Assembly: GCA_965655095.1 (NCBI GenBank)
Contig: OZ296648.1
Coordinates: 18,724,001 to 18,788,000 of the forward strand
From: Haplodiscus bocki
Taxonomy: Eukaryota
Direction: 5' to 3'
Length of the DNA: 64,000 nt
Below the pieces are notes generated by a model, which did not search any database, was not told where the DNA came from, and saw only the letters and a program-made list of their open reading frames with translations. Position 1 is the first letter of the stretch, and the number at the start of each line of letters is the position of its first letter. Below are positions 36,311 through 47,369 of the stretch, in pieces. Position numbers and translations under genes: made by a program.

Positions 36311-37067
36311 ATAATTTAGCTTTGAAATCCCACACCAGTTTTTCAAACATTTTGAGCCAAAGTTAAAGATATTAGTTTTCTCTTCAGGACTGTTACTGTG
36401 CAAGTTCAGGTTAATTCTGTTCCTATAATTTTGGTTTTTGGAGCGTTTCCTTTTTCTTTGGAGAGCACACTGGGACATCACAATCGTCACTATCATAAGA
36501 ATTTCCAGTGTCCTCAGCCTCAATGAAGGGACAGCTAGTAAGGCGTTTAGAATCTAGACTCGCTTCACCGTCAGTGAGATTGTCAAAATCCACACATTGA
36601 GATTCTTCGTCAGAATCAAGGTCATCTTTTTCATTGAGATAGTACCCAGGGTCAGGGCCAGCTGAACATGAAAGAAAATTATTACCTAAATAGAAATTTC
36701 AGTTGGAATCACTTTTTTCACACTCCAGACAAATGTGTCTCGTCAAAGTGATGTTTTGCCCTATCAAATTGTGTAGGAGTAACTCACAAAAAGAGCTGAC
36801 AGCTTTCCATGCCTCTGCAAAGGGTCCGTCATTGTTGTCATGAAGCCTGCTGACGTTAGAACTGGTTTGAGCCTCCTTGTCTTGATTGCTTGCCGTAGAA
36901 ATAAACAATGTCACTATCATTATCATCATCATCACCACCAAACTTAGACGAATCGGATTCAGAAATAGAGTCAATATCAACTGAACAAAAAAAGAACGTT
37001 TCGCACATTTGTCAACTGAGACTCTCCCTTGTCAATTTGTAACTTACTGGAAATTTGCTTCGGATTA

Positions 37068-40000
37068 CTAAGAGTAATGTCCGTAGGCTAGAGAAGACAC
37101 AGTATCGTCTAAGATGTAGCTTTTGTCGTCGAAACAACTGAGAGCAACTTTGTTCACAGCATTGACCACAACATGATGCCCAACCGATCTTAGTTGCGTC
37201 ATTTCTTTACGTAGAACAGATTTTGATAGTAAGCATTTCTTGAAGAGACTGTGCTGTAAAGTTCGTTTGACGGATTTCTGAACACCTTTTGCGCTTTGTT
37301 TAGTTCCACCCAGATAATCAATGCTGCATAATTTCGATCTTAGGCAAACTATTTCTTTCTAGACTTTTCTATTAAGCTCATCAGTCATCGTAAGTGGTAC
37401 TTTGTTGTTTGTTTTGTCGTGAAGGAAGTGGTCTTCCGGATAATCCGAAAGGTCGAGGAGGTGCTTGAAAGTTGACATGTCTTCATACAAATCGGCAGTC
37501 TTTATTCTGTAGAGTAAGGAGTCAGTGTCTTTTTAAACTACTTTCAAACGATCTGATCCATAACGAGGAAGCATCTCTTCGTAATGAAACTTGTACAAGG
37601 AGAGCTTTAAGAGATCCAGAATAGTTGCACCCGCTGGTGTAGGTTTGTTCCAAAATACCGAGGAAGCCCGAAGAGAAACACACAAGATTATTGCTGATAA
37701 TTTTGAAGTTCTTGAACGCAGCTCGTTGGATGAAGGTTTCAGCTTGCGCTTCGGTTGTAACGAATCGCAAACTACCACGTCTCCGTAAATCCTGCATAGT
37801 CTTGCCGAAGCAAGCGTTCGACATCAGTTTGTAGAAGTTTTTTTTCGAAATCATCAGAAGCTTGCTTACGCATTGTGGTGTTTTCAGATATGTGGGCTCC
37901 GAGCCATTTTGATTGCTGGAACTTCACTATCCGATGGAGTTTCGTGACTGTCAAACCATGATGTACATAAAACTTCAAGTTTTCGTAATGACAAATGCAG
38001 TGATACTTGTCTCATGAAGTTTCCACAATTTTTTCAGCTGCGGAACTTACGTTGAAACCGAAAGAATTAGCGTAATCTGATCTCCAATTTATCGGAATTT
38101 TGAGCTTTTCTGGCGCTAGGGAAAGGTCATTGTGGACGTCGTGAATTGCAGGTGGGTACTCAAGGTCCACCTCAACAAAGACACCGACAGGAGAGTCTGC
38201 AGGTGTTGTGAGTATTTCCGAGAGACTGACATCAGTGCACCATTCATATCCCCCGACTGGCATTTGTTTTTTCATAGTACCAGCATAAAGTGACGTTAAC
38301 GTCAAAGAAAGCCCCAACGGTAGATTCTTCCTCTGAATTGAAGTTTTCGAGGTGATTCTTATTTGCTTCGAAATGACGAAGGGCTCCCAAACCATTAATT
38401 CGACCGCGAATTCCTTTCTCAAAGAACAAGAGCTGATCAATGTCCTGCAATAATTTCAATTTCACGCCAGTAGTAATGAGCATTGCATCCCAACATAAGG
38501 CTGGGTGCTGAATAAAAGTGGGCTGGATCCAACTTGTATACTTGCATACAAACCTCTCTGAACTTTTGGAAAATGTCAGCCAAAAAACACATCAGTCCGT
38601 AAATAGATATTATGGTAATCTCCTAAGTTTTGACATTTAAAGGCGTTATAAACTCCCAAGGCAAAGTTATGCTGTTTTTTGGTGACTTCAATCGATTTCG
38701 TCAAAGTGTTGCACCCTAGAGGACCATGAGGTGGGAAAGGCTCATTAAATTTCTCGAAACTGTCCAGATAGTTGTACGGGAAGAAGCCCTTCTTTGTGAG
38801 CTTCTCAAAAAGGTTATCTCCAATCTTTGGGAAGCCAGCTCTCAACAATTTGAAGTCACTCTTGTCGACGGTTTTCGCTAACGAGTCCAAACTTTGCGAC
38901 ATGAACTGGAAACTATCCAAAAATCGTAGAGAATGATAGAGCACAACATTTTGGCCTGCCTTGCTTTTGAAACGTTCCATCGGTATATCCAAAGTGAAAG
39001 AAATGTAAGTTTCATCATTTTTTGCAATAGCCGAAAGCTTTTCTCCGTCGTTGAGTTTCAAATATTTTATAATTTGATGGGCGTCATATCGTGATAAATT
39101 GGGAAAAAGGACTGGCAAGAATCGCGTGGTATTGGCACGAAGGTTACACTGAGAGTGAGCAACGCCAAATATTTCTCCAGTCAAATGACAATCGTGAATA
39201 ACTCATTCACTCAACACTTTTCCCACACAAGCAGCAAAGGATCTCTTCTTTGTTCATCAAGCTGTTTCTGTCATCTGTAGAGATCTTTAATTGTTTGATT
39301 TTTCGTTTCTCGGCATAACACCACGCTGACCAAGATCGAATTAAATCCATAAGACGAGTGATAGTCTTTCCCTTTGTAGATCTTCTCCCTCACCATCCCT
39401 TTGTAGATCTTCTCCCTCACCACAGCGTTACCTAAACAGACAACTCATTAATTCCTCGGAAAGCAAAAAACGTTACCTAGAAGCAGCAGGTATTTTGTTA
39501 AGCACATGGAATACTTTGTATTTGAGAAAAGGGTGAAAACTAACATCTTTCCTCCACGAGGATGGCGCCGAAACTGCATGGATACTGTCTTTCAATTTCT
39601 TTTGTGTTGGAACCAAGTCTACTGGCATCTCCAGAGCGGACATCGTTGGCTTCGAGATCCGCGTACACAAACGGAACCCGGTTTTTTGCCAATTCTGGAA
39701 CTCAACATGTGGCGAGGAAACAGGCATTCGATATTCAAGAGGTGCGTTTGACTCACAAAAATTTTTGTGTCTTCTGTAATTTCTCTTTATTATTGGTTGA
39801 AAGCAGTTTGAACAGAATTTAGACTTGGAGCCGTGCTTTCTTTTCTTTTCTGATCGCGTAAGGCGCTGAAGCAAATTGGAGAAGTTTTTGATTAGACAAT
39901 AATGAGTTTTGCAAACACTGACCAAGCGGAGTAAATTTACCCGCCGTTTAGAGCTTTTGTTGTTGCTGTAAAACACGGCAACCAATTTACCATTCTCCAG

Positions 40001-40967
40001 TTGATATACATTAGTAGAGACACTTTTTTTTCTCGAAAGACGCTATACTAGACAAGGACATTGGCATTGGACTTGAGTTGAACTTTAGCTTTTTCACGTT
40101 TTCTTTCTGAGATTTTGTGTAGGTGGCTCTACCGTTGAATGGAAAAATTGCGGCTGCAACGGAATACAAAAAACAAAAGTTGTCGTTTTTGTTTTTCACA
40201 TTCAAAAAACTTTTCGAGAGGCCTTTCAATAAATCAGGTGTATCAATGTAAGACGATCCGCTGAGGGTTTGGCAAGTTGCAGTTTTCACTTCCACGGACT
40301 GCAGGCAGTCTATTTTCCAACCAGAGGCACATGAAGCGAAAACTTTGAGCTTCGACATTAGTTGATCTACGTGGTCGAGATATTCTTTATCTGTGATGTT
40401 GTTTGCGATTCTCGCCAGGAACGAATTAAAAAATGCTGTGACTTCGTCATTGTTTAATGGCTTCACCAGGTCGACGGCAATGGTAAAGCCAATTTTCATA
40501 TTGGAAACTTTCTGAAGTTCAGCATCATGAAATCTAATATGCTCTGTTGCTGGGAAAGTAATTAATTGAATGGGTCAATGGAAAGCTCGTCTTTTGGCAA
40601 GTTCAAGCAATGCGTTTTGAATCTGTTATTCACAGCCACAGTCGTTGCTTCGACTTGAGCAGGGTTCCCGTTTCCTTTATGTGTGAGATTCTCCTCGGCT
40701 AGTCCATGTTCAGCTAACTCGTGATCATGGAGTGTCTTTTCCATAGCAAAGAGTAGAGGGCAGAAAAAACATGTGAACGTTTGAAGACTCATGTTGATTT
40801 CTCAAATGCCTGATAAGATTACAGCTCTTAGTGAATTGAGCAGCACATTCTCCTAACTGGAAAAAGATAGCTGTTTTGATTATGTTCTGTTGGTGCTTAG
40901 TTCTGAGGTGATTGTTGAGGAAACGCTGAGTTTTGAATAAATTACCACAAATTTCACAGCATAACAT
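37068..40967 (-). pseudogene. Protein-primed DNA polymerase B (element 2), frameshifted
   Basis: N-terminal C2H2 fingers, OTU-like segment (NDNFCFLYSV...HYCLIKN), endonuclease VII-like (HDCH.TG...AHSQCNL), FLDSFQFM, KGFFPY, motif A SLYAG.M, motif B KLMSNACFGK, motif C DTDS, and C-terminal SCFDDK...LAYGH. Confidence 0.93.
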
Positions 40968-41379
40968 GATTCTAGAATAAATGCTGTTCATAGGAAGAGA
41001 GAGTTTTCCACATGAAGTCAGATTTTTTGATACGTTTTTGAAACAAAACACAAAACTCCTACTCCGCTTAAAATTTCACAAGATGTATCAATCGAAAATA
41101 ACGAAAAAGAAAACCCTCTCTCTAAAAATTTTCTCGGAATTTTTCGAGGAATTTGATTCCCTCCGAGTAAGTCAATTTTGATTTTCCTCCATGTTTCGAA
41201 CAACAGTTTAAGTGGAGATGCTATTTGGCCATTATAATTGAATTCGTTGAGTTTCAGTTGGTTTGGAATAACGTTAATACGAAAATGCTTTCGGCCGTTC
41301 AATGCATAATATCTATGGAATTAAGCATTTGGTGTCAATTTTGTTGGTTTTCATGATGGGTCAGGATGAACGGATCGAA

Positions 41380-41552
41380 ATTGGTACCAATGTATATTCG
41401 CTTGACAGCCAGCTGTCATTTCTATTTTGAGTGCGGTTTTGGTGGCTTCACTTATCATTAGACTGTCAATATTCTGCAGGACTTTCAAAATTGTTCAAAA
41501 ACTGCAAAGGCGTCAAAATAGCACTAACACCCCCCCCCCTTGTAATACTACT
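41380..41552 (-). repeat. Right TIR of element 2
   Basis: Reverse complement of the left TIR, ending TAATACTACT. Confidence 0.9.
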
Positions 41553-43191
41553 GCTGTCACTTGACCTTATGTGAAGTTGACTACCTGGAGATTTTCTTCA
41601 GTTATTGAGCTCAGCAATCTTGCATTGAAAATTCTCAAAACTTTTCATTATTATTTCCGCTATTTCTAGAATATATTTTTGGTTATTTTCCGCCATAATT
41701 ATATATGGAAGGAAATTATTTCGCCGGGTGCGTTTACTTGCCAATTGCACGATGTTGATAAGTTGCACAATCATTGCGAACAGTAGGAAATTTGTCCTGG
41801 AATGCGACTGAAGTACTGGCATTTAAAACTATACGAAAAGAAATTGTTTGGCGAAAAAAGGACTTGTTTTCATGAAAAACGAACATGATTTTCCCAAATC
41901 AGGAATAGGTGGCAAATTTGTTGTAAAATGCATATAAAATAGTGAAATTCCTTAAATACTTTGTTTTTGACCGACATTCGGGTGATTTTCAAAACTTGGA
42001 GGTGACAGATTTGAAGTTGAACGAATCATGAAGGTACGTATCTTTAACAAGTTGGAATTGCGGAAAATATCTCGGCGGTGGCCGGACGTCCTGTTGTAGT
42101 ATTATCTCATAATTCAGCGTAAATTCGTCAGCTACCTTTTTTATACGATTTGAATTTTTCGAAGTAATTTTATGGTTATGGCGAGTGTTATTTCTTTCAC
42201 TGCTTAGTTTTTTCTCGATTCAGTTCTGGTTGAAAATATCAATTGAATGTTTCGTGTTGACTCATTACTATAGGTATATCTTCATTCTTTTAGTTCAATT
42301 CTCGTTATATTCAGGGACCACAGATTTATGCTGCCACATACGGCCACTTCTGCTGCTGATGTTGAAGAATTGTGCATTTTGCTGCTCTAGACTAATTTAA
42401 CGCATTTTTTCTTCAATTTCACCATTTTACAAATAGATTTACTTGTTGTGGGCAATTTAAGTTTTAAAGCAAAACTAAAACGGGTAATGTTCATATTGTT
42501 AACCTGAACAAACCTGAAAGTTACTGTTTGAAAGCACGAAAGGATACAAATTTTGTTCCAGCACAAACAACAAGCGGATAATTTGTGAAGTTCCGGAGTA
42601 ATCAGATTCAAAGTTTTCGTTTTTTGTCACTTTATGCTCGATTATGTCCCGACTGCTCAATTCGGCAATTTATGCTGTAGGAGGTGAAACATGCCATTCA
42701 TGCTTTTCGATGCTGCGGGCAATAATCTGTGGTCCTTGGTTATATTATCCCGGGTTGACGTCTCAGAGACATTCAACGCTGATCAGCTCTGATTCAGAAT
42801 ATGTTGATTTAGTAGAGATATCTAAATTTGCAAATTTTTCAAATTATAAATCTTAAAACCTTTTTTAAAATATCGGTGACGTTAAGGTCAAGGTTCGTTG
42901 TACAGAAACAGCAATTTCATGAGCAAAACGAAATACATCTGAAAACTAAGTATATTATTTACCTCGAGATACTTGGAACATTTACGTACAAATTGCTTCC
43001 TAAAAATTTTTCACCGAGGATTTGAAATATCAAAATTACACGAAATTTAAGTGAAATTTTCCAAAAATGGTCATTTCTAAGTTTTGCTGCATTGGTCGAA
43101 GAAATCTGAAATAACGACTGTAAATAAGATTAAAAAACCAAGAAACTTTTATTTCTACCATATAGAACCATTTCCAATAATTTCAGAGATA

Positions 43192-44151
43192 CCCGGGTTG
43201 AAGTCTCACAGGATTTCAGCGCTGATCACCTCTGACTGAAAAATGATCAGGGCTGACCAGCGCTTTTTCAAATCTGATTCAGCGCTGTACATTAACTGAA
43301 AATCTCTGAACAGCGCTGATTCAGCTCTGAACAGCGCTGAAAACGAAAAATTTCAGAGCTAAGTATCAGCGCTGATTTTCTCTGAAACAGCTCTGATTGA
43401 GAGCTGAACAGCGCTGATTTCCTCTGAAAGTCCGCTGATTTTTTGACGGATTCAGAAGGACAGTTTTTGGTTAAGTTTTCAATTTTTTTTCGCAATTTTT
43501 AGAATTACCTCAATTTTAAGGCACAGAATTTCAGCCCAAGTCGCGACAAGCAGTGAACAAAAAATTAGCTGTTCAAACTTCTGACGGGCCAAAGATATAA
43601 CAAAGCTTGAAATTTTGGGGATTTTTTGTTGCTTCTCAAGTAACAAAATTGATATGGCTCTAATTTTGAAAAGCGTTTCCCCGTTCAGTGAGGAGAAATT
43701 TCACAATATTTGAATTTTTGCTGTCATTTTGCACAAATTTGGGGTAAATTTACATTGTTTCAATACAAAGAATGCAATTTTAATGACCACTTCAAGAGTT
43801 TTCATTACTTCTGACTACGTTATCACAATTTGGTATTCCCATCTACATGTCTTATTATCAGAGCTAATTCAGTAAATCAGTGCTGAATCAGCGCTGTTCA
43901 GCGCTAAAAGCCCAATGTTTCAGAGCTATGAAAATCTGAACAGTGCTGATTCAGACCTGATTCTATCTGGAACAGCGCTGAATTTTTCAGTTCTGAACAG
44001 CGCTGATTCAGAGAAAATCAGAGCTGATCAGCTTTAAAACAGAGCTGATCAGCGCTGATGTTTTTCATGTTCTGTAAATCAGCGCTGAAAAACGTCAGAT
44101 CTCTGAAACAGCGCTGTTCAGCACTGATCATCTCTGGGAATTCAACGCGGG
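43192..44151. mobile_element. Non-autonomous TIR element with subterminal CAGCGCTG arrays
   Basis: Ends CCCGGGTTGAA / TTCAACGCGGG, ATA on both flanks, and dense (T)CAGCGCTGA repeats at 43210-43440 and 43870-44130. Confidence 0.75.
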
Positions 44152-44427
44152 ATAGCAGGTTGGAAAAGTTGTCTCGACAACGTAATACGTGAAAACTAAC
44201 GTTCAAGTGCCACTTGTTTTTCCAATATTCAGCTTAATTGTCCGATTTCCCTCGAACAAAAAAATGTTTTTATTGTTCGAGAAATTCTGACAAACTCACT
44301 ACCTACTCTAAATTTCGAGTAAAAGCTTCGACAAATTTGATCTCCAAAAGATAACTTTAACTGTACTCTGGTACTAAAAGTACTGTGGTGAGAAATGTTT
44401 CTGACGCGTACTATATTCATGCTTCAG

Positions 44428-44699
44428 TGACGAAACCGGAGGGTACTTGAAATCGTTCTACATGTTGATAGTGACGAGTATGGCCTATCTTCTGGTGAGT
44501 GCGGGCGCTCATCTGCTGCATAGTGTGTCTAGACTAGCTCACTACTTGGCATTTTATTGTGACTTTGTCACCATTGCTTCCTACTCGTTCGTGAGTGCCA
44601 CCACGTTCTACATGTACTCTAGCACACCTGACTTCTTCTATTATCATCAGCACTCTTTCATCCCAGTCGCCCTTCTTTTATCCTTAGCTGTTTCTCTTG
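44428..44699 (+). CDS. PAQR-family protein, exon 2
   Basis: TTCAG acceptor matches the phase of exon 1. SAGAHLLHS...CDF (SxxxH...D motif). GTAAGT donor at 44700. Confidence 0.9.
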
Positions 44700-44919
44700 G
44701 TAAGTAATTATCCAATACTGAAAAGCATTCCAAAATATTGTTGGAATTCTAACAAGACGGCCGGCTAGCACCGGCATAGTTTTCGCAAGAAAACAAATAT
44801 TTTGATCAGCATTTGCCCACAGTTAAAAACGAGACTACTGTTTAAAATCTAGTTTGCGAAAGTTTTCTACAAACATCAATTCCAGCACTGATTTCTATAT
44901 TCTATGCAAAAGAGCGACT

Positions 44920-45625
44920 ATCACGACTTTTCGCTCAAAATTTTTTGTCTCACAGTACCGAAAAATTTTGTTGCGGAACACTTCAGTGCATCAGAAAATT
45001 TCGGGTATCAAAAAATATTATGCATAAGAAGGGGATATCACTAAACTCCGTTGAAAAATTATTGTCTCACAAGACCGAAAAAAACTTCGCTAGCGAACCA
45101 TTCTGTGTTTCAGAAAATTTCTGGTAGGGAAAAATATTTTATGGATGGGGGGGGGGGGTATCACGATTTTCCGTCGAAGTTTTTGTCTCACTGTACCGAA
45201 ATATTTCATTGGAGAACACTTTGGTGTTTCAGAAAAATTCTTTCATCGAAAATTTTCATGCATTGGAGGGGGGGGGGCGGTATCACGGCTTTTGTCGAAA
45301 CTTTTTGTCTAACAGTACCGAAACGAAAAGTTTTGTAAAGGAACCCTTCCGTTTTCAGGAAATTTTCTGGTATCGAAAAAATTTATGGATAAGTGGGGGC
45401 ATATCACGATTTTCAGTCAAAATTTTTGTCTCACAGTGCCGAAAAATTTCGTGGGCATCCCTTCAATGTTTCAGAAAATTTGGGGTATCGAAAAATTTTT
45501 TGCATACTAGGGGTATCACGTTTTTCCGTCGAAAATTTCAAAATTTTTTGTCTCACAGTGCCGAAAAACATCGTAAAGGAACCCTTTAGTGTTTCACTAA
45601 TTTCGGGCATCAAAAAATGCTAAGG
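44920..45625 (+). repeat. ~120-bp tandem satellite (TTTTGTCTCACAGTACCGAAAAA units)
   Basis: About six units. The same family is inverted at 60690-61340. Confidence 0.85.
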
Positions 45626-46893
45626 GTAAATCGTAGAAATATTTGGCACGACAGAGACTCGAACCTCAAACCTACTGCTTGAGAACGCTGTTGTCCTAAC
45701 CCTACTGCTGTCATTTATTTTTGAATGAAAAGTTGGGAGTTTTGCACTGAAAAAAAGAGAAAAAAATCGACCCTACTGAATGAATAATTTTTCTTGCATA
45801 TTACATATGCTGCGAATAATTGAAAAAAAAACTTGTTACCAGTTTTTCTGCGTTGTTTTGAAAATTGAGATTTTTTTTAGTTAAGAAGTTTTAGTTTTGT
45901 GGAGCTGATTCTAAAAAGTGCCCAACTGATAACCAGAAAAGTAGAAACGAGATAGACCTTCAGTATCTTATTTGTGCCAGAGGTCAGTGGTTGCGTTGAA
46001 TATCCACATTTTAATCATGAATATGCTCAGGAACCACTCACCTGGGCTTGACGTGATAAAATATTAACTTAATTTAATATCAACAGTCACAAACCGACGG
46101 AATGCAATACGCTGACTTTTTCCCCTGAGGATATTTTCTCCACCACACGGGATAGCAGTTTACTGAACTCAAGGTGGGTTTGTAGACTCATCAAGCCACC
46201 AAAAATTTTTCAACGCATTCGTCCCGCCTCTGCAGTAGCACTAAGAAGTTGAGCTCAGTATTGATTTTTGTTCACTGCAGTTTTGAAGCAACATTTGTTC
46301 AACAATCCTAACTAAAATGGAGCTAGTGAGCCGTGTCTCGGCTTTTCAAAACTCTGACAATTTTTCTGACGGCATTGTCGAAAGAACGAAGAGGGGAAGT
46401 GAAAAAAGCAAGGCAATTAAAAAGCGAGAATAAACGAACGATTGTGTTCGGTTATGGCGTTAGGATGATCATGCCGATTGAAGAAAGCGAGTGCGTTCAT
46501 TCATTCAGTGTGACTCCGAAGCGAAACCAAATGAAAACTATTTTTGATTCTACAAAAACAGCATGAAAAGATTTTTGAAAAATATTCGGAAGTTGAAATC
46601 CGTACCCTTACTTGATCATCAGCTGGATTTGCCCTAATTTCTAGTTTTTATGCATCAAAGTAAGTTAGGCCTGTAGGTTTTTTTCTAAGATCACAAAATC
46701 AACACAGCCAATAGATCACAGGAGCAAATGCTTCTGACAGACTGACAATTCAACCTGCCGATCTGGCAGAAGGGCGTGCAAGTCAAATAAACTTAGTTTT
46801 CGGTCATTGGCCATAGTATATTTTTTGTCCAAAATTTGAGTGATTGAATTATGACAGAAGTGGGCATTTTTTGATAAATGCCCAATTGTTTAG

Positions 46894-47369
46894 GCTGCTG
46901 CTATGCCAAATTTAAATTCACTAGACCGTATCCAGTGATGAAGAAAGTGTACATCTGTGGGACTATCGGCACTTTGTATTTGTGGAACATGTACCCGGTT
47001 GCTCACCGAATGTGGGTCCAAGATCTTCAGGGCAATACTAACCATCCAGTGCACATCGTGTTCTTCATGTTCGCAGTGTTCTTTTACTCCAGCGGCTGGC
47101 CTCAAAAATCCTACCCTGGAAAATGCGACTTCTTGCTACACGGTCACCAGATATTTCATGTACTCATCGCAATAATGACTTGGATCCAAATCAAAGCTGT
47201 CAAACAAGACATGGAGACGTATTCTCTGAATGCAAGATCGACTGAAGATTGGAATAGCTGTTGGAGTAAAATTTCCCTTGGGTTTGCAATATTGGCACTC
47301 GTCTCTTTTTTAGGTGTTAGTTATTTCTTCAAACGAATAGAAACTATCATCAACGCGAAATCCAATTAA
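46894..47369 (+). CDS. PAQR-family protein, exon 3
   Basis: TTTAG acceptor, phase 1. P...YPGKCDF..HGHQIFH (HxxxH) motif. Stop at 47369. Confidence 0.9.

Larger units (their letters stand above)
27158..41552. mobile_element. Maverick/Polinton element 2, full length (14,395 bp), decayed, in PAQR intron 1
   Basis: AGTAGTATTA...TAATACTACT termini, ~180-bp imperfect TIRs, 6-bp TSD TCTGTC/GCTGTC, and a full Polinton core gene set. Confidence 0.95.

Noticed and set aside
39370-39425. ~28-bp tandem duplication in pPolB (similar ~44-bp duplication at 57101-57185)
   Set aside because: Ordinary local slippage duplications with no sign of function.
1-41552. Active virus or prokaryotic/phage contig
   Set aside because: Nearly all viral genes have stops or frameshifts, and they lie among spliced host genes with TSD-type junctions.
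43210-44130. CRISPR-like array of palindromic CAGCGCTG repeats
   Set aside because: The units are short and irregular, with no constant-length unique spacers and no cas genes. They are subterminal repeats of a TIR element in a eukaryotic intron.
44945-45623. Overlapping ORFs here and at 60647-61419
   Set aside because: They are translations of the 120-bp satellite.
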